DNA from: an uncultured Gemmatimonadaceae bacterium
GTDB lineage: Bacteria; Gemmatimonadota; Gemmatimonadetes; Gemmatimonadales; Gemmatimonadaceae
Length of the DNA: 64,000 bases
Assembly (NCBI GenBank): GCA_963843845.1
Contig: CAWJMB010000002.1
Span: forward strand, 352,001 to 416,000
Direction of reading: 5' to 3'
The position numbers were made by a program, and so were the translations under genes. Below, in pieces: positions 26,779 to 36,427 of this stretch (position 1 is the first letter of the stretch; each line of letters begins with the position of its first letter). A model generated the notes under the pieces. The model had not been told where the DNA came from, did no database searches, and was given only the letters and a program-made list of their open reading frames with translations.

Positions 26779-27444
26779 ATGATGGATGCGCGCGCGACGG
26801 CGATCGTTCTCGCCGCGGGGGTGGTCGCTGCCTCGCTCTCCGGCTGTCGCGGCGAGCGGTCAGCGGCGGACACGGTTGCGACCGTGGGTGCTCCCGCCGT
26901 GCCTCCCGACTCCGCGTCGGCGGGCGCCGCCGCGCCGCTGGACAGCGCGGCGACTGCCCTCCATGGCGCCGCCACCCCGGCGGCCACCGAGTTCCTGCGG
27001 TACGCCGACACCCTCCGGACGACCGGGACGCTCACCGTGCCCGGCGCGCCCGATTCCGCGCTCGCGACGCACGACGTGGCCGCGGAAGCCGTCCATCGTC
27101 TCGCCGCGGCGATCGCCTCGCTCGCGGCCGCCGACACCACGCTGGGCGTCGCAGGCGACCGGCTCGACGCGCTGCGCGCGCGCGCCGACAGTCTGCAGCG
27201 CGGCGCGCCGGAGACCGAGCACGCGCGCCTCGCCAGCGAGGCGTTCGCGCTCGGCGGCGACCTGCTGCTCCGGCTCCCGGAGCGTGGACCCCCCGCGCTC
27301 ACCGACCGGGCGGGCGAGGTGCGGCAGGCGGCCGCCGCGATCCGCACCGACCGGCCGCTCGCCGGGCAGATCGACGCGGTGCGGCGGTTCGTCGAACGAT
27401 GCGCTGCGGCGCTGCGCGGCAAGATCGGCGCGACGACGTCCTGA
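26779..27444 (+). CDS. Hypothetical lipoprotein
   Basis: Hydrophobic signal ending LSGC (lipobox); helical Ala-rich body. Confidence 0.65.
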   Translation: MMDARATAIVLAAGVVAASLSGCRGERSAADTVATVGAPAVPPDSASAGAAAPLDSAATALHGAATPAATEFLRYADTLRTTGTLTVPGAPDSALATHDVAAEAVHRLAAAIASLAAADTTLGVAGDRLDALRARADSLQRGAPETEHARLASEAFALGGDLLLRLPERGPPALTDRAGEVRQAAAAIRTDRPLAGQIDAVRRFVERCAAALRGKIGATTS

Positions 27445-27541
27445 CGCCGCGGCGCGCCGCGGCGCGCCCCCCCCGGCGCGCCGTGCCACCCGCGCGTATG
27501 ATACGGGGTATACCTCGCATCTCGATCGAGCCTTCGCCCCG

Positions 27542-28918
27542 ATGTCGACGAACTCCGCCGTCGCGCCGCTCATGGAGCGCGTGCTCGGCCCGTTCCAGCG
27601 CTTCTTCGCCACGGCCGCCGCGGGCGGGATCGTCCTCCTCGCGTGCACCGCCGTGGCGCTCGCGTGGGCCAACTCACCGTGGGCCGAGTCGTACCACCAT
27701 CTGTGGGAGGCGCCCGTCACGATCGGGGCGCCGGGCGTCGGGCGGACGATGTCGCTCCACCACTGGGTGAACGACGGCCTCATGGCCGTGTTCTTCTTCC
27801 TCGTGGGGCTCGAGATCAAGCGAGAGGTGCTCGTCGGCGAGCTCGCCACACGGCGCACCGCGGCGCTCCCCGTCGTCGCGGCGTTGGGCGGGATGGTGGT
27901 GCCGGCGCTGCTCTACGTGGCGGTGAACGCGGGCGGGGCGGGCGCGACGGGGTGGGGGATCCCGATGGCGACCGACATCGCGTTCGCGCTAGGCATCCTC
28001 GCGCTCCTCGGCGACCGCGCGCCGAGCGGGCTGCGGGTGTTCCTCGCTGCGCTCGCGATCGCCGACGATCTCGGCGCGGTGCTCGTGATCGCGCTGTTCT
28101 ACACGAGCGCGATCGACTGGGTGGCCCTCGGCGCTGCGGGGCGCGTGTTCGCGGCGCTGCTCGCGCTCAATCGCGCCGGGGTGCGGCGACCGCTCGCGTA
28201 CGCGCTGCTCGGCGTGGCGATGTGGGCGGGCATGCTCGCGTCGGGCGTGCACGCGACCATCGCCGGGGTGCTGCTGGCGCTCGCGGTGCCGGCACGGACG
28301 CGCATCAGCGAGGAGGAGTTCCTGGCGCGCGCCGAGCGGAGCCTGGCTGCCTTCCGGGCCGCCGACGAGCCGGGAAGGAGCGTGCTCACCAACCGCGGGC
28401 ACCAGGAGGCGCTGCAGGCCATCGAGGACGCGGCCGACGCGGCGCAGGCGCCGCTCCAGCGGATGGAGCACGCGCTGCACGGCTTCGTCGCGTTCCTCGT
28501 CATGCCCATCTTCGCGCTCGCCAACGCCGGCGTGCCGCTCGCGGGCGGTGTCGGCGAGGCGCTCCGGAGCCCCGTGTCGCTCGGCGTCGCGCTCGGTCTC
28601 GTGATCGGCAAGCCGTTCGGCATCACCGTCGCGAGCTGGCTCGCCGTGCGCGCGGGCGCCGCGGACCTTCCGGCGGGCGTGGGGTGGCGCCACATCCACG
28701 CGGCCGGCTGGCTCGGCGGGATCGGGTTCACGATGTCGCTCTTCGTCGCGGGGCTCGCGTTCGTGAACCCGGCCGTCCTCGACACGGCGAAGCTCGGCGT
28801 GCTCGGGGCGTCCACGATCGCCGGGCTGGTCGGCTACACGCTGCTGCGCGGAGGGGCGCGCGCGGCCTCGACGCAGGCCCGCCGGGTCGTGCCGACGAGC
28901 GCGCGCGCCACTCCGTGA
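27542..28918 (+). CDS. nhaA: Na+/H+ antiporter NhaA
   Basis: WVNDGLMAVFFFLVGLEIKRE, GWGIPMATDIAF, ALAIADDLGA, GIGFTMSLF. Confidence 0.96.
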   Translation: MSTNSAVAPLMERVLGPFQRFFATAAAGGIVLLACTAVALAWANSPWAESYHHLWEAPVTIGAPGVGRTMSLHHWVNDGLMAVFFFLVGLEIKREVLVGELATRRTAALPVVAALGGMVVPALLYVAVNAGGAGATGWGIPMATDIAFALGILALLGDRAPSGLRVFLAALAIADDLGAVLVIALFYTSAIDWVALGAAGRVFAALLALNRAGVRRPLAYALLGVAMWAGMLASGVHATIAGVLLALAVPARTRISEEEFLARAERSLAAFRAADEPGRSVLTNRGHQEALQAIEDAADAAQAPLQRMEHALHGFVAFLVMPIFALANAGVPLAGGVGEALRSPVSLGVALGLVIGKPFGITVASWLAVRAGAADLPAGVGWRHIHAAGWLGGIGFTMSLFVAGLAFVNPAVLDTAKLGVLGASTIAGLVGYTLLRGGARAASTQARRVVPTSARATP

Positions 28919-29021
28919 GCCGGATCGCACGGTCGCCACGCCACGGATCACGCCACGGATCACGCCGCGAGCACGGTCGGCGGCGCGTCGAGCGCCCGCA
29001 CCGCCCGCGCCCGCGACTCGC

Positions 29022-30758
29022 TCACGCGCCCGCAGACCGGGCCGGCGCCGCGAACCACCGCTCGCGTGGCACGACCGCGGGCGCGGGCGGGTCCGCCACA
29101 TAGTGTGGTGAGAGAATCGGCACGCCGTGCTCGTTGAACACGTCCACGACGTGCCCGTGCAGCGCCGAGAGGACCGGGATGCGCCGGTGTGCCTCGGCGA
29201 GGTGCGCGTTGAGCTGGTACTCGACGTAGAAGTCCGACAGCCCGGTCTTGAGCACGAACGCTGGCGGGTCGGCGAGCAGCCCGTCCGTGCGGTGCGCGGC
29301 GAGCCGCAGCATCGCCTCCACCTGCCGCCAGGGCACGTCGTAGCCGATCGTCACCGCCGTGTGGACGATCACCCCCTCCCCCTCGGCCGAGAGCCGCGAG
29401 AAGTTCTTCACGCTCGCCCCGACGACGACGGCGTTGGGCAGCGTGACCTCCTCCCGCTTGGTCGTGCGCACCTTGGTCGAGAGCATGCCGAGCGCGGTCA
29501 CCGTACCCTCGATCTCGCCGACCCGCACGTAGTCGCCGGGCTTGAGCGCGCGCGAGTACATGAGCACCAGCCCGCTCATCGCCTGGTTCATCACGCCCGA
29601 GCTGCCGAGCGACAGCACGAGACCGGCGAACACGCTCACGCCCTTGAACACGTCGCTCCCGCTCCCCGGCACGTAGGGGTACGCGAGGACGATGGCGAAC
29701 AGCCAGAGCAGCGCGACGGCGATGCGCTTGGTCGCGTTGGCGGTCTCGGGGTGCACCCACTCCTGGCGCACGCTCCCGGACTCGACCGCGTCGAAGAAGG
29801 TGCCGACGAGGCGCGCGACCCACCGCGTCACGACGAGGATGAGCACCACGCTGAACAGCCCTGGCACGCCCGACAGCGCCGTGAGCCCGAGCTCGCCGAT
29901 CGTGGCGCGGAGGTACGCGCCGAGCGCTTCTCCCCATGGCCGGCTGTAGGCGAAGCGCGTCAGCACGAACGCGAGCCAGAGGTACGCCGCGAACAGACCG
30001 GCAGCCCACGCCGCGAGGTCCACCAGTCGCCGCGCGAGGGCGACGAGCTGGTCGGCGCTCAGGAGCGTGAATCCCCCGATGGCCACCGATGGGAGCCGCG
30101 CCGGCGCCGAATCGCCCGTGCCCTGCCCCACAGGCATGTGCGCGAGCGCCCACCGGCGTGCGCCGCGCAGCAGCCGGAGGCACACCACGAAGCCGAGCGT
30201 CGCGACGACCGCCAGCCCCGCCGCCGTCAGCAGGTGCGCGAGGCTGCGCTCCTCGCGCTCGGCGCGAAGCACGTCCTGCAGCGCCGCCGTCGACCGCGCC
30301 GCGGCAGCGGCAGTCGTCTGGCCGGCGAGCGTGTCGAGGTCGGCCGGCAGGAGCGTGAGCACACCGCGCCCGCCCACCTCGAGCACGAGCCCCGCCGGCG
30401 TCGAGCGCGCAGCGACGGCGGCGATGACGGCGGCCGCGGAGTCGGCCGGCGCGTCGGCGAGCGTCTCCGCGAGCGTCGCGATCCGCCGCGCGGCCGCCTC
30501 CGCGCGCTCCGCGGGCGTCTGCACGCCGAGCGGCGCGCGGAGCACGGCCACCACGCGGTTGCCGACGACGACCAGTGCCGTGTCCGGCCGCGCGGCCACC
30601 CGTGCCGACTCGGCAGGCGGCAGCTGGGGAGCGCGTGGGGAGGGCGCAGGCTGCGCGACGAGTGGCAGCGGCGCGGCGACGACCGTCAGGCGGGCCCAGC
30701 GGCGGGCGCGGACCGCGACGGTCGTCGACGTCGGGCGAGGGGGGGAGGCGGTGTCCAT
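29022..30758 (-). CDS. Small-conductance mechanosensitive channel (MscS family)
   Basis: GLVLSLGSSG, LKPGDYVRVGEIEGTV, VTIGYDVPWRQV, DVFNEHGVPILSPHY; start approximate. Confidence 0.9.
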   Translation of the reverse strand: MDTASPPRPTSTTVAVRARRWARLTVVAAPLPLVAQPAPSPRAPQLPPAESARVAARPDTALVVVGNRVVAVLRAPLGVQTPAERAEAAARRIATLAETLADAPADSAAAVIAAVAARSTPAGLVLEVGGRGVLTLLPADLDTLAGQTTAAAAARSTAALQDVLRAEREERSLAHLLTAAGLAVVATLGFVVCLRLLRGARRWALAHMPVGQGTGDSAPARLPSVAIGGFTLLSADQLVALARRLVDLAAWAAGLFAAYLWLAFVLTRFAYSRPWGEALGAYLRATIGELGLTALSGVPGLFSVVLILVVTRWVARLVGTFFDAVESGSVRQEWVHPETANATKRIAVALLWLFAIVLAYPYVPGSGSDVFKGVSVFAGLVLSLGSSGVMNQAMSGLVLMYSRALKPGDYVRVGEIEGTVTALGMLSTKVRTTKREEVTLPNAVVVGASVKNFSRLSAEGEGVIVHTAVTIGYDVPWRQVEAMLRLAAHRTDGLLADPPAFVLKTGLSDFYVEYQLNAHLAEAHRRIPVLSALHGHVVDVFNEHGVPILSPHYVADPPAPAVVPRERWFAAPARSAGA

Positions 30759-30940
30759 GGGCGCCATCATAGCAGCATCGTCGACGTATGGCCGGCGCCG
30801 GGAGGGATGGTCGGCGGCGCGCGACGCCCGCGCGCCATGGTGTCGGTTCTCGTCGAGGACGACGTACGCCGAGGGGCCCGGGGCCGTGTCGCGCTCGGGC
30901 ACGCGCTGCGCGAGCGCGAGCGTCGCGACGCGCCGCGAGG

Positions 30941-32257
30941 TCACAGAATCGGTGCGACGAGTCGGGCGAGCGACTCGCGCACACGGTCGGAGCGTGGGCG
31001 GCGACGCACGGCGTCGAGCTGCACCTCGGTCGCGTACGCGAGGTCGTCGACGAACAGCCGCTCCAGCCGGGCGCCGAACGTCGCGCTCCGCACGACGACG
31101 GCGACCTCGTCGTTCAGCATCATGGAGCGGTTGTCGAAGTTGACCGACCCGACGCACGACCAGACGCCGTCGGCGACGAGCGTCTTGGCGTGCATCATGG
31201 TCGGCTCGTACTCGTAGAGCCGGACGCCGCCGGCGAGCAGCGCTTCGTAATGCGATCGCGCCGCGTGGTAGGCCGACGGACGATCGGTGTTTCGCCCCGG
31301 CGTGAGCACGCGCACGTCGACCCCCGCCGCTGCCGCCTCGCAGAGCAGCCGACGCAGGTTCCGGCTCGGGACGAAGTAGGCGTTCGCGATGTAGAGCCGC
31401 TCGCGCGCGGCGGCGATGGAGAGGAAGAGCATCCGTTCGGCGTTCGTGCTCCCGAGCGACGGCGCGGCGTAGAGCACGCCGGCCTCGACATCGTCGCGGC
31501 CTGCCGCGTCGTCGTCGCCGCGGGCCGCGTCGGCGTCGGGCTCGAGCGAGAACAGCCCGTCGCCCACGAGCAGCTCGCCCGTCGCCTCGGCCCACGCCCC
31601 GGCGAACGCCGCCTGCAACTGGTCGACGACCGGCCCTTCCGCGCGGACGTTCGTGTCGCGCCACTCGCCAGGGCGTCGGCCACCGCCCCGCCAGCGGTCG
31701 TCGATGCCGAATCCGCCCGTGAAGCCGACCTGTCCGTCGACCACGACCGCCCGTGTGTGGGCTCGCTGCTGGACCTTCCAGAGCGTGTTCCAGCGGAGCG
31801 GCCGGAACACGGCTACCTCGACGCCGGCCGCGCGCAGCCGCGCGACGTACGCCTCGCCCAGCCCGCGCGCGCCGAACGCGTCGAGCAGGACGAACACGCG
31901 CACCCCCGCGCGAGCCCGATCGGCCAACGCGTCGGCGACGGCGTCGGCGAGCGCGCCAGGGCGGAACCAGAACACCTGCCACGTCACGAGTTCGCGCGCC
32001 GACCGAACGGCGTCGAGCAGCGTACCGAACGTCTCGTCACCATTCGCCAGGAGCGTCAGCCGGTTGCCACCGCGCACCGCCGTGTTCGTGTGCAGCCGGA
32101 AGTGCTCGCGGAAGAGCGGCTCCGCGACGTTGAGCGGCGCCGCGTGCGCTCGGAGCGAGCGCACGCACTCGACCGCCGTGTCGCGCGCCAGGTAGGTCAC
32201 CAGGACGGTGCCGAGTGCCGCGACGACCGCGAGGAGGAGTATGAGGAGGATCAGCAC
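30941..32257 (-). CDS. cls: Cardiolipin synthase-like phospholipase D
   Basis: N-terminal TM; first HKD motif degenerate (HTRAVVVDG), second intact (HAKTLVADG...GSVNFDNRS). Confidence 0.85.
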   Translation of the reverse strand: MLILLILLLAVVAALGTVLVTYLARDTAVECVRSLRAHAAPLNVAEPLFREHFRLHTNTAVRGGNRLTLLANGDETFGTLLDAVRSARELVTWQVFWFRPGALADAVADALADRARAGVRVFVLLDAFGARGLGEAYVARLRAAGVEVAVFRPLRWNTLWKVQQRAHTRAVVVDGQVGFTGGFGIDDRWRGGGRRPGEWRDTNVRAEGPVVDQLQAAFAGAWAEATGELLVGDGLFSLEPDADAARGDDDAAGRDDVEAGVLYAAPSLGSTNAERMLFLSIAAARERLYIANAYFVPSRNLRRLLCEAAAAGVDVRVLTPGRNTDRPSAYHAARSHYEALLAGGVRLYEYEPTMMHAKTLVADGVWSCVGSVNFDNRSMMLNDEVAVVVRSATFGARLERLFVDDLAYATEVQLDAVRRRPRSDRVRESLARLVAPIL

Positions 32258-32584
32258 GGCGCCGACATGTCCCGAGAGGCGTCGGCAGGGCGTACGGGGC
32301 GTACACGCCGCGTCCACTCGGCAGCACGCCGTCCCGCTCCAGGGTCGCGACGATCTCGTGCAGCGGGTGCTCGGTGGGGCGGCGCCGCGACGCGTGCGGC
32401 ATCCGGCGAGCGCGGAATCGCTCGCACGGCGGGACCAGACGACGGGGTCACGACGGAACACCTCGCTCGATGACGATGGACGAGCACGACGCCGGATCGG
32501 CGCCGTGCCGCAGCTTCAGCATGCACGAGCCGTGCGGGCCACGCGCCGCTGCGCACCAGATCGGGTTCGACCGGGGCGCCGGGG

Positions 32585-32614
32585 TTGCCATCGTGGTGGT
32601 TTAGTTGTAAACTA
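32585..32614 (+). promoter_or_regulatory. Sigma70-type promoter with overlapping inverted repeat (likely MarR operator)
   Basis: TTGCCA-N17-TAAACT ending 5 nt before ATG 32619; TAGTT-gta-AACTA inverted repeat at 32602-32614. Confidence 0.6.
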
Positions 32615-32618
32615 CAGT

Positions 32619-33098
32619 ATGGGGGCGAGTGATCGGACCAGTGTGGCGGTCCCTGCCGACATCGTGGCGGCGAGCGCGTCGTGGCTCCGCCTGATGCGTG
32701 TGACACGTCGTCTCGCGGTCGCCGGCGATCAGGCCGTGCGCGCGATCGGACTCTCCGGCTCCGAGTTCGAGTTACTCGCCGCGGTCGCGCTCGCCGAGGG
32801 CACGAGCCAGCGGGAGCTCGCCGCCACCCTCGCCGTGACCAAGGGAAGTATCGCGCAGATCGCCGGGCGTCTCGAGGAGGAGCGTCTCGTCCGCCGCGAG
32901 CCGGACGGCCGGCTCAACCGGGTGTACCTCACGCCGCGTGGCCGGCACCTGCTGGAACTCGCGCTTCCGGCCCACGCGGCCGCGATCGACGCCCCGCTGT
33001 CCGCGCTCACGCCGAGCACCCGGGCCCAGTTCGACGCGCAACTCGTGACGCTCGACGGCGCGGTCCGCGTGCGCGCGACCGACGACGACGTTCCGTGA
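32619..33098 (+). CDS. MarR family transcriptional regulator
   Basis: GLSGSEFELL, SQRELAATLAVTKGSI, DGRLNRVYLTPRG. Confidence 0.9.
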   Translation: MGASDRTSVAVPADIVAASASWLRLMRVTRRLAVAGDQAVRAIGLSGSEFELLAAVALAEGTSQRELAATLAVTKGSIAQIAGRLEEERLVRREPDGRLNRVYLTPRGRHLLELALPAHAAAIDAPLSALTPSTRAQFDAQLVTLDGAVRVRATDDDVP

Positions 33099-33194
33099 GG
33101 GAAATGGGTTCACGCTTAAACATCGCGGTCGCGCGTTCCGCCTGGTCCGCCGGGCGGCGCCGCGCCGATCGCTTCACGAGTACAGGAGCTCACC

Positions 33195-33722
33195 ATGCAT
33201 GACATTCGACAGACGCTCGGCCGCGAGGGGGTGGCGCGCGGGGGGACGGCACATTCCCGCATCGCGGGCCCCGACCGGCATCGTACGTTGCCCGCGCCGG
33301 CGGAGGGGGGGCGCCACCGCCTGCCCGACGCGCAGGTCATGACGTTTCTGTACGGTCTCCGCCGCATCCCGTTCGCCGCGTGGAGCCGGTGCGACGAGAC
33401 GCCGACGGACCTCGCGCTCCAGACGCGCCTGCACACGGCGCTCGACAGCGTGCCGCAGCTCGAAGCGCGCATCCGCCGCCGCGTCGATCACGTGCTCGCG
33501 GCCTGCGACGGCATCGCACCGTCGGACGTCGTCGCCCGCATGCGCGCGGCGGCGTGTCTCGCGGCCGGCGCGCTCGCGGTGCGATCGGCGCTCACCCGCG
33601 ACGAGTTCGCGCGACTCTACGGCGCGTTCGCCACGCTCGCGCCGCTCGACAGACCGGCGCCGCTCCGACCCGCCGGCGAGTCGGGTGGGCTGACGTTTTC
33701 CTTTCCCCAGCCGACGAGCTGA
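33195..33722 (+). CDS. Hypothetical protein
   Basis: AGGAG RBS and coding-like codon usage; no family recognised. Confidence 0.55.
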   Translation: MHDIRQTLGREGVARGGTAHSRIAGPDRHRTLPAPAEGGRHRLPDAQVMTFLYGLRRIPFAAWSRCDETPTDLALQTRLHTALDSVPQLEARIRRRVDHVLAACDGIAPSDVVARMRAAACLAAGALAVRSALTRDEFARLYGAFATLAPLDRPAPLRPAGESGGLTFSFPQPTS

Positions 33723-33820
33723 CCGCGACGCCGCGTGACCAGACAGGTGAGATGAACGCCCTGCCGATCGGGCTGCACGCGTCATCCGTGCGATGCAGGT
33801 GACTTCGTGAGTCGACCGGT

Positions 33821-34348
33821 TCACCGCGCTGCCGGCGCTGCCGGTGCTGCCACCGTCGCCCCTTCCGTCGCCGCGGCCGGCGCCGCGAACGCCGTGTCGA
33901 GACCGGCGGTCGCGACCAGCGATCGGTAGGTCGCCATCAGCTCGCGCAGGGTAGTCGTCGAGCGCTGATCGCCGCGGGCCAGGGCCGTGACCGTCACGTC
34001 GCGCCGCGCGAGGAGCTCGCGCGCGGCGGCGCTCGCGTCACCGCGCAACGTCGGGGCGAGACGCTGTTGGAGCCCCGTGAAGAACGCGCTCGCGCGCTGT
34101 CGCCCGGGCTCGAAGCGGTCCTGCTGCGTCTCGTCGACGGCGGCCGCGAGGGTGGTTTCGAGCCGCGCGGCGACCAGCGCCTGGCGGAGGCGGCGCGTCT
34201 CCGACTCGAGACCTCGCACGTGTACGTACTGCCACACGACGCCGGCGACGAGGACGACCAGCATCGCGAGAACCGCCCAGCCGTTGACCTGGAAGGGGGG
34301 ACGGTCGCGGCGCGGCGCGGCGGGGTCGCTGTTCGCTGTCTGGGACAT
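33821..34348 (-). CDS. Hypothetical single-TM protein
   Basis: N-terminal TM WAVLAMLVVLVAGVVWQY followed by a coiled/helical region. Confidence 0.65.
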   Translation of the reverse strand: MSQTANSDPAAPRRDRPPFQVNGWAVLAMLVVLVAGVVWQYVHVRGLESETRRLRQALVAARLETTLAAAVDETQQDRFEPGRQRASAFFTGLQQRLAPTLRGDASAAARELLARRDVTVTALARGDQRSTTTLRELMATYRSLVATAGLDTAFAAPAAATEGATVAAPAAPAAR

Positions 34349-34563
34349 GCGGGCGTCCTGTGAAGGGAAGGGATCGATCGATTCCGGAGCGTTCGAACCA
34401 CCCACGATGCGACTCGCACCGGACGCCGGCAACTGCGCGGCTCGTCGTCGCTCTGGACGGCAGTGGCATCTTCGGGATATGTTCGGGTCTCGTTCGGCCG
34501 AGGGACGACGTTGTCCGGCCTCGGTGCTCTTTCACGAGAACCTCGAACACTCGTTCCGTCGCC

Positions 34564-35592
34564 ATGACCGAATCGCGCGCCCCCGCTCTGCGATCGCCGG
34601 AGGACATCGCGCACCGTCTCGCGCTCGCTGCCGCCCGCGCCCGGGTCGAGCGCGAGCGCGTCGCGCGGCTGGCCGACGACGCGCTCCTGGCGGCGATGCG
34701 GACCGACGATGATCCATTCGCGTGGGCCGAGTATTTCAGCCGCTTCCGGCCGCTGCTCACCGACTATGTGGGTCGCGTGCGCACGATCCCCGGCGTGGAC
34801 GTGATCGATCTGCACCACGCCCTCGTCGACGATCTGCTCGCCGAGGAAGCCGAGCGGCTCATGCGGTCGACGGCAGGCGTGCACACGCGGATCGCTCCGT
34901 ATCTCCTGCGCGCCGCGCGCAGCCGCCTCGCGAACCTGCGCCGCAGCGCGACGCGCCGGCAGCGGCTCTACTTCGGCGCGGCCCTCGACAGCGCCGACGG
35001 CGTCGTCGACGGGACCATGTCGGAATACGCGCGCCGGTCGAGCCGTGCGCGCGCGATCCACGAGCCGTCACCGATCGCCGGCGGCGCGGCCGGCGCGGCC
35101 GGCGCCCCGGTCGCCGGGAGCGCGAGCGACGCGGAGCGACCGCCGCCCGTCGTCGCATCGCTCGCCGCCCTGATGCGTGCCGCGACGACGCCCGAGGAGC
35201 AGCTGATCCTGTCGTGGCTCGGTCAGCGTATTCCGCACCGTACGATCGCCACGTGGCTGGGCGCCGAGTATGACGCGACAGCGAAGCGATGCTGGCGGCT
35301 CTGCAAACGGCTTCGCGCCGCGGCGGTCACGTACGCCGCCGGGCTCGCGCCCGACGAGCGTCACGAGATCGAGCGATTCCTGCGCCGGGCGGGCGTGCTC
35401 CCTGCGCTCGCGCCACCGATGGTCGCTGCGTCTGCGCGACCCGCGCGCGCGACGCGAGGCGCGAGCGCCGCGCCGGTCCGCTCGATCGCCATCGACACGA
35501 CAGTGGCGCCAGCCACGACCCCTTCCACCGCGACGATCGCCGCTCCGCCGAGTGGCGCACCGTCTGTCACAGAGCTCGACGATCATGCCTGA
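34564..35592 (+). CDS. Divergent ECF/sigma70-like factor
   Basis: Region-2-like DPFAWAEYFSRFRPLL...APYLLRAARSRLANLRR and region-4-like TPEEQLILSWLGQRIPHRTIATWLG...TAKRCWRLCKRLR. Confidence 0.62.
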   Translation: MTESRAPALRSPEDIAHRLALAAARARVERERVARLADDALLAAMRTDDDPFAWAEYFSRFRPLLTDYVGRVRTIPGVDVIDLHHALVDDLLAEEAERLMRSTAGVHTRIAPYLLRAARSRLANLRRSATRRQRLYFGAALDSADGVVDGTMSEYARRSSRARAIHEPSPIAGGAAGAAGAPVAGSASDAERPPPVVASLAALMRAATTPEEQLILSWLGQRIPHRTIATWLGAEYDATAKRCWRLCKRLRAAAVTYAAGLAPDERHEIERFLRRAGVLPALAPPMVAASARPARATRGASAAPVRSIAIDTTVAPATTPSTATIAAPPSGAPSVTELDDHA

Positions 35593-36376
35593 CCGTCCAC
35601 CGCTCCCGTTCCGCCGTCGCGACAGTGCGACCCCTGCGTCCGCCCCCCCTGTGCCGGGCGATGCGCGCTTCCTCGACGCGCTCGCTGCCGGGGCGTACGA
35701 CCAGGCGCTCGCCCAACTCGCGAGCGGCCATCTCGTCGACGACGCCGAGTCGGCGCTGTGGGACGATCCGCGCTTTCTGGACTGGTGGGCGGCGCAGCAA
35801 CGCGTCACTGCCGCGACGGGCTCGGCGCTCACCGACGCGTCGTCGGACTCGGACCTCGGCTACCTCGCCGACGGGATCGCGTTGCGAGCGCGTGTGCGCG
35901 CGCGCCAGCTCGGCGTGCGTCGGTACGATGCGGCGCCGACGCTGCGCCCCGCTCCCGTCGTGGCCCCCCCGGCCGAATCGCTCGAACGGGCGGCGGGCGC
36001 ACGCGCGACGCCGTTCATCGATCTGGCGGTCGCCGCCGGCGCCGGCCGCGCGCTCTGGGACGAGCCGGTCGACACGTGGGTCGTGCTGCCGACCGACGTT
36101 CCCGATGGGCGGTACCTCGCGTTGCGCGTCGCCGGCGACAGCATGACACCCGCGATCTCCCCGGGCGACACGGTGCTCGTCGCGCTCGGCCGGCCGCCAC
36201 GCGCGGGGGCGGCGGTCGTCGCGCAGCACCCGGACGATGGCTACGTCTGCAAACGGGTGCGTCGCGTTCGGCGGACGACGCTCGAGCTGGAGTCGCTCGC
36301 ACCGGGCCGCCCCCTCATCACTCTCCCCCGCCGCGACGATCTCGTACTCGGCGTCGTGATCGGGGCCTGGCGGTGA
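35585..36376 (+). CDS. S24 (LexA/UmuD/cI-type) autopeptidase-domain protein lacking an obvious HTH
   Basis: VAAG cleavage site, LRVAGDSM catalytic Ser, YVCKRV catalytic Lys; overlaps the upstream gene by 8 nt. Confidence 0.85.
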   Translation: MPDRPPLPFRRRDSATPASAPPVPGDARFLDALAAGAYDQALAQLASGHLVDDAESALWDDPRFLDWWAAQQRVTAATGSALTDASSDSDLGYLADGIALRARVRARQLGVRRYDAAPTLRPAPVVAPPAESLERAAGARATPFIDLAVAAGAGRALWDEPVDTWVVLPTDVPDGRYLALRVAGDSMTPAISPGDTVLVALGRPPRAGAAVVAQHPDDGYVCKRVRRVRRTTLELESLAPGRPLITLPRRDDLVLGVVIGAWR

Positions 36377-36427
36377 TGCGACAGCGACAGGCGACTTCGA
36401 CCAGCGGTGGGGATCGGTGCCGTCCCG

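Noticed and set aside
35585..36376. Calling the S24 protein LexA, UmuD or a prophage repressor
   Set aside because: No N-terminal HTH, no umuC partner and no phage genes nearby
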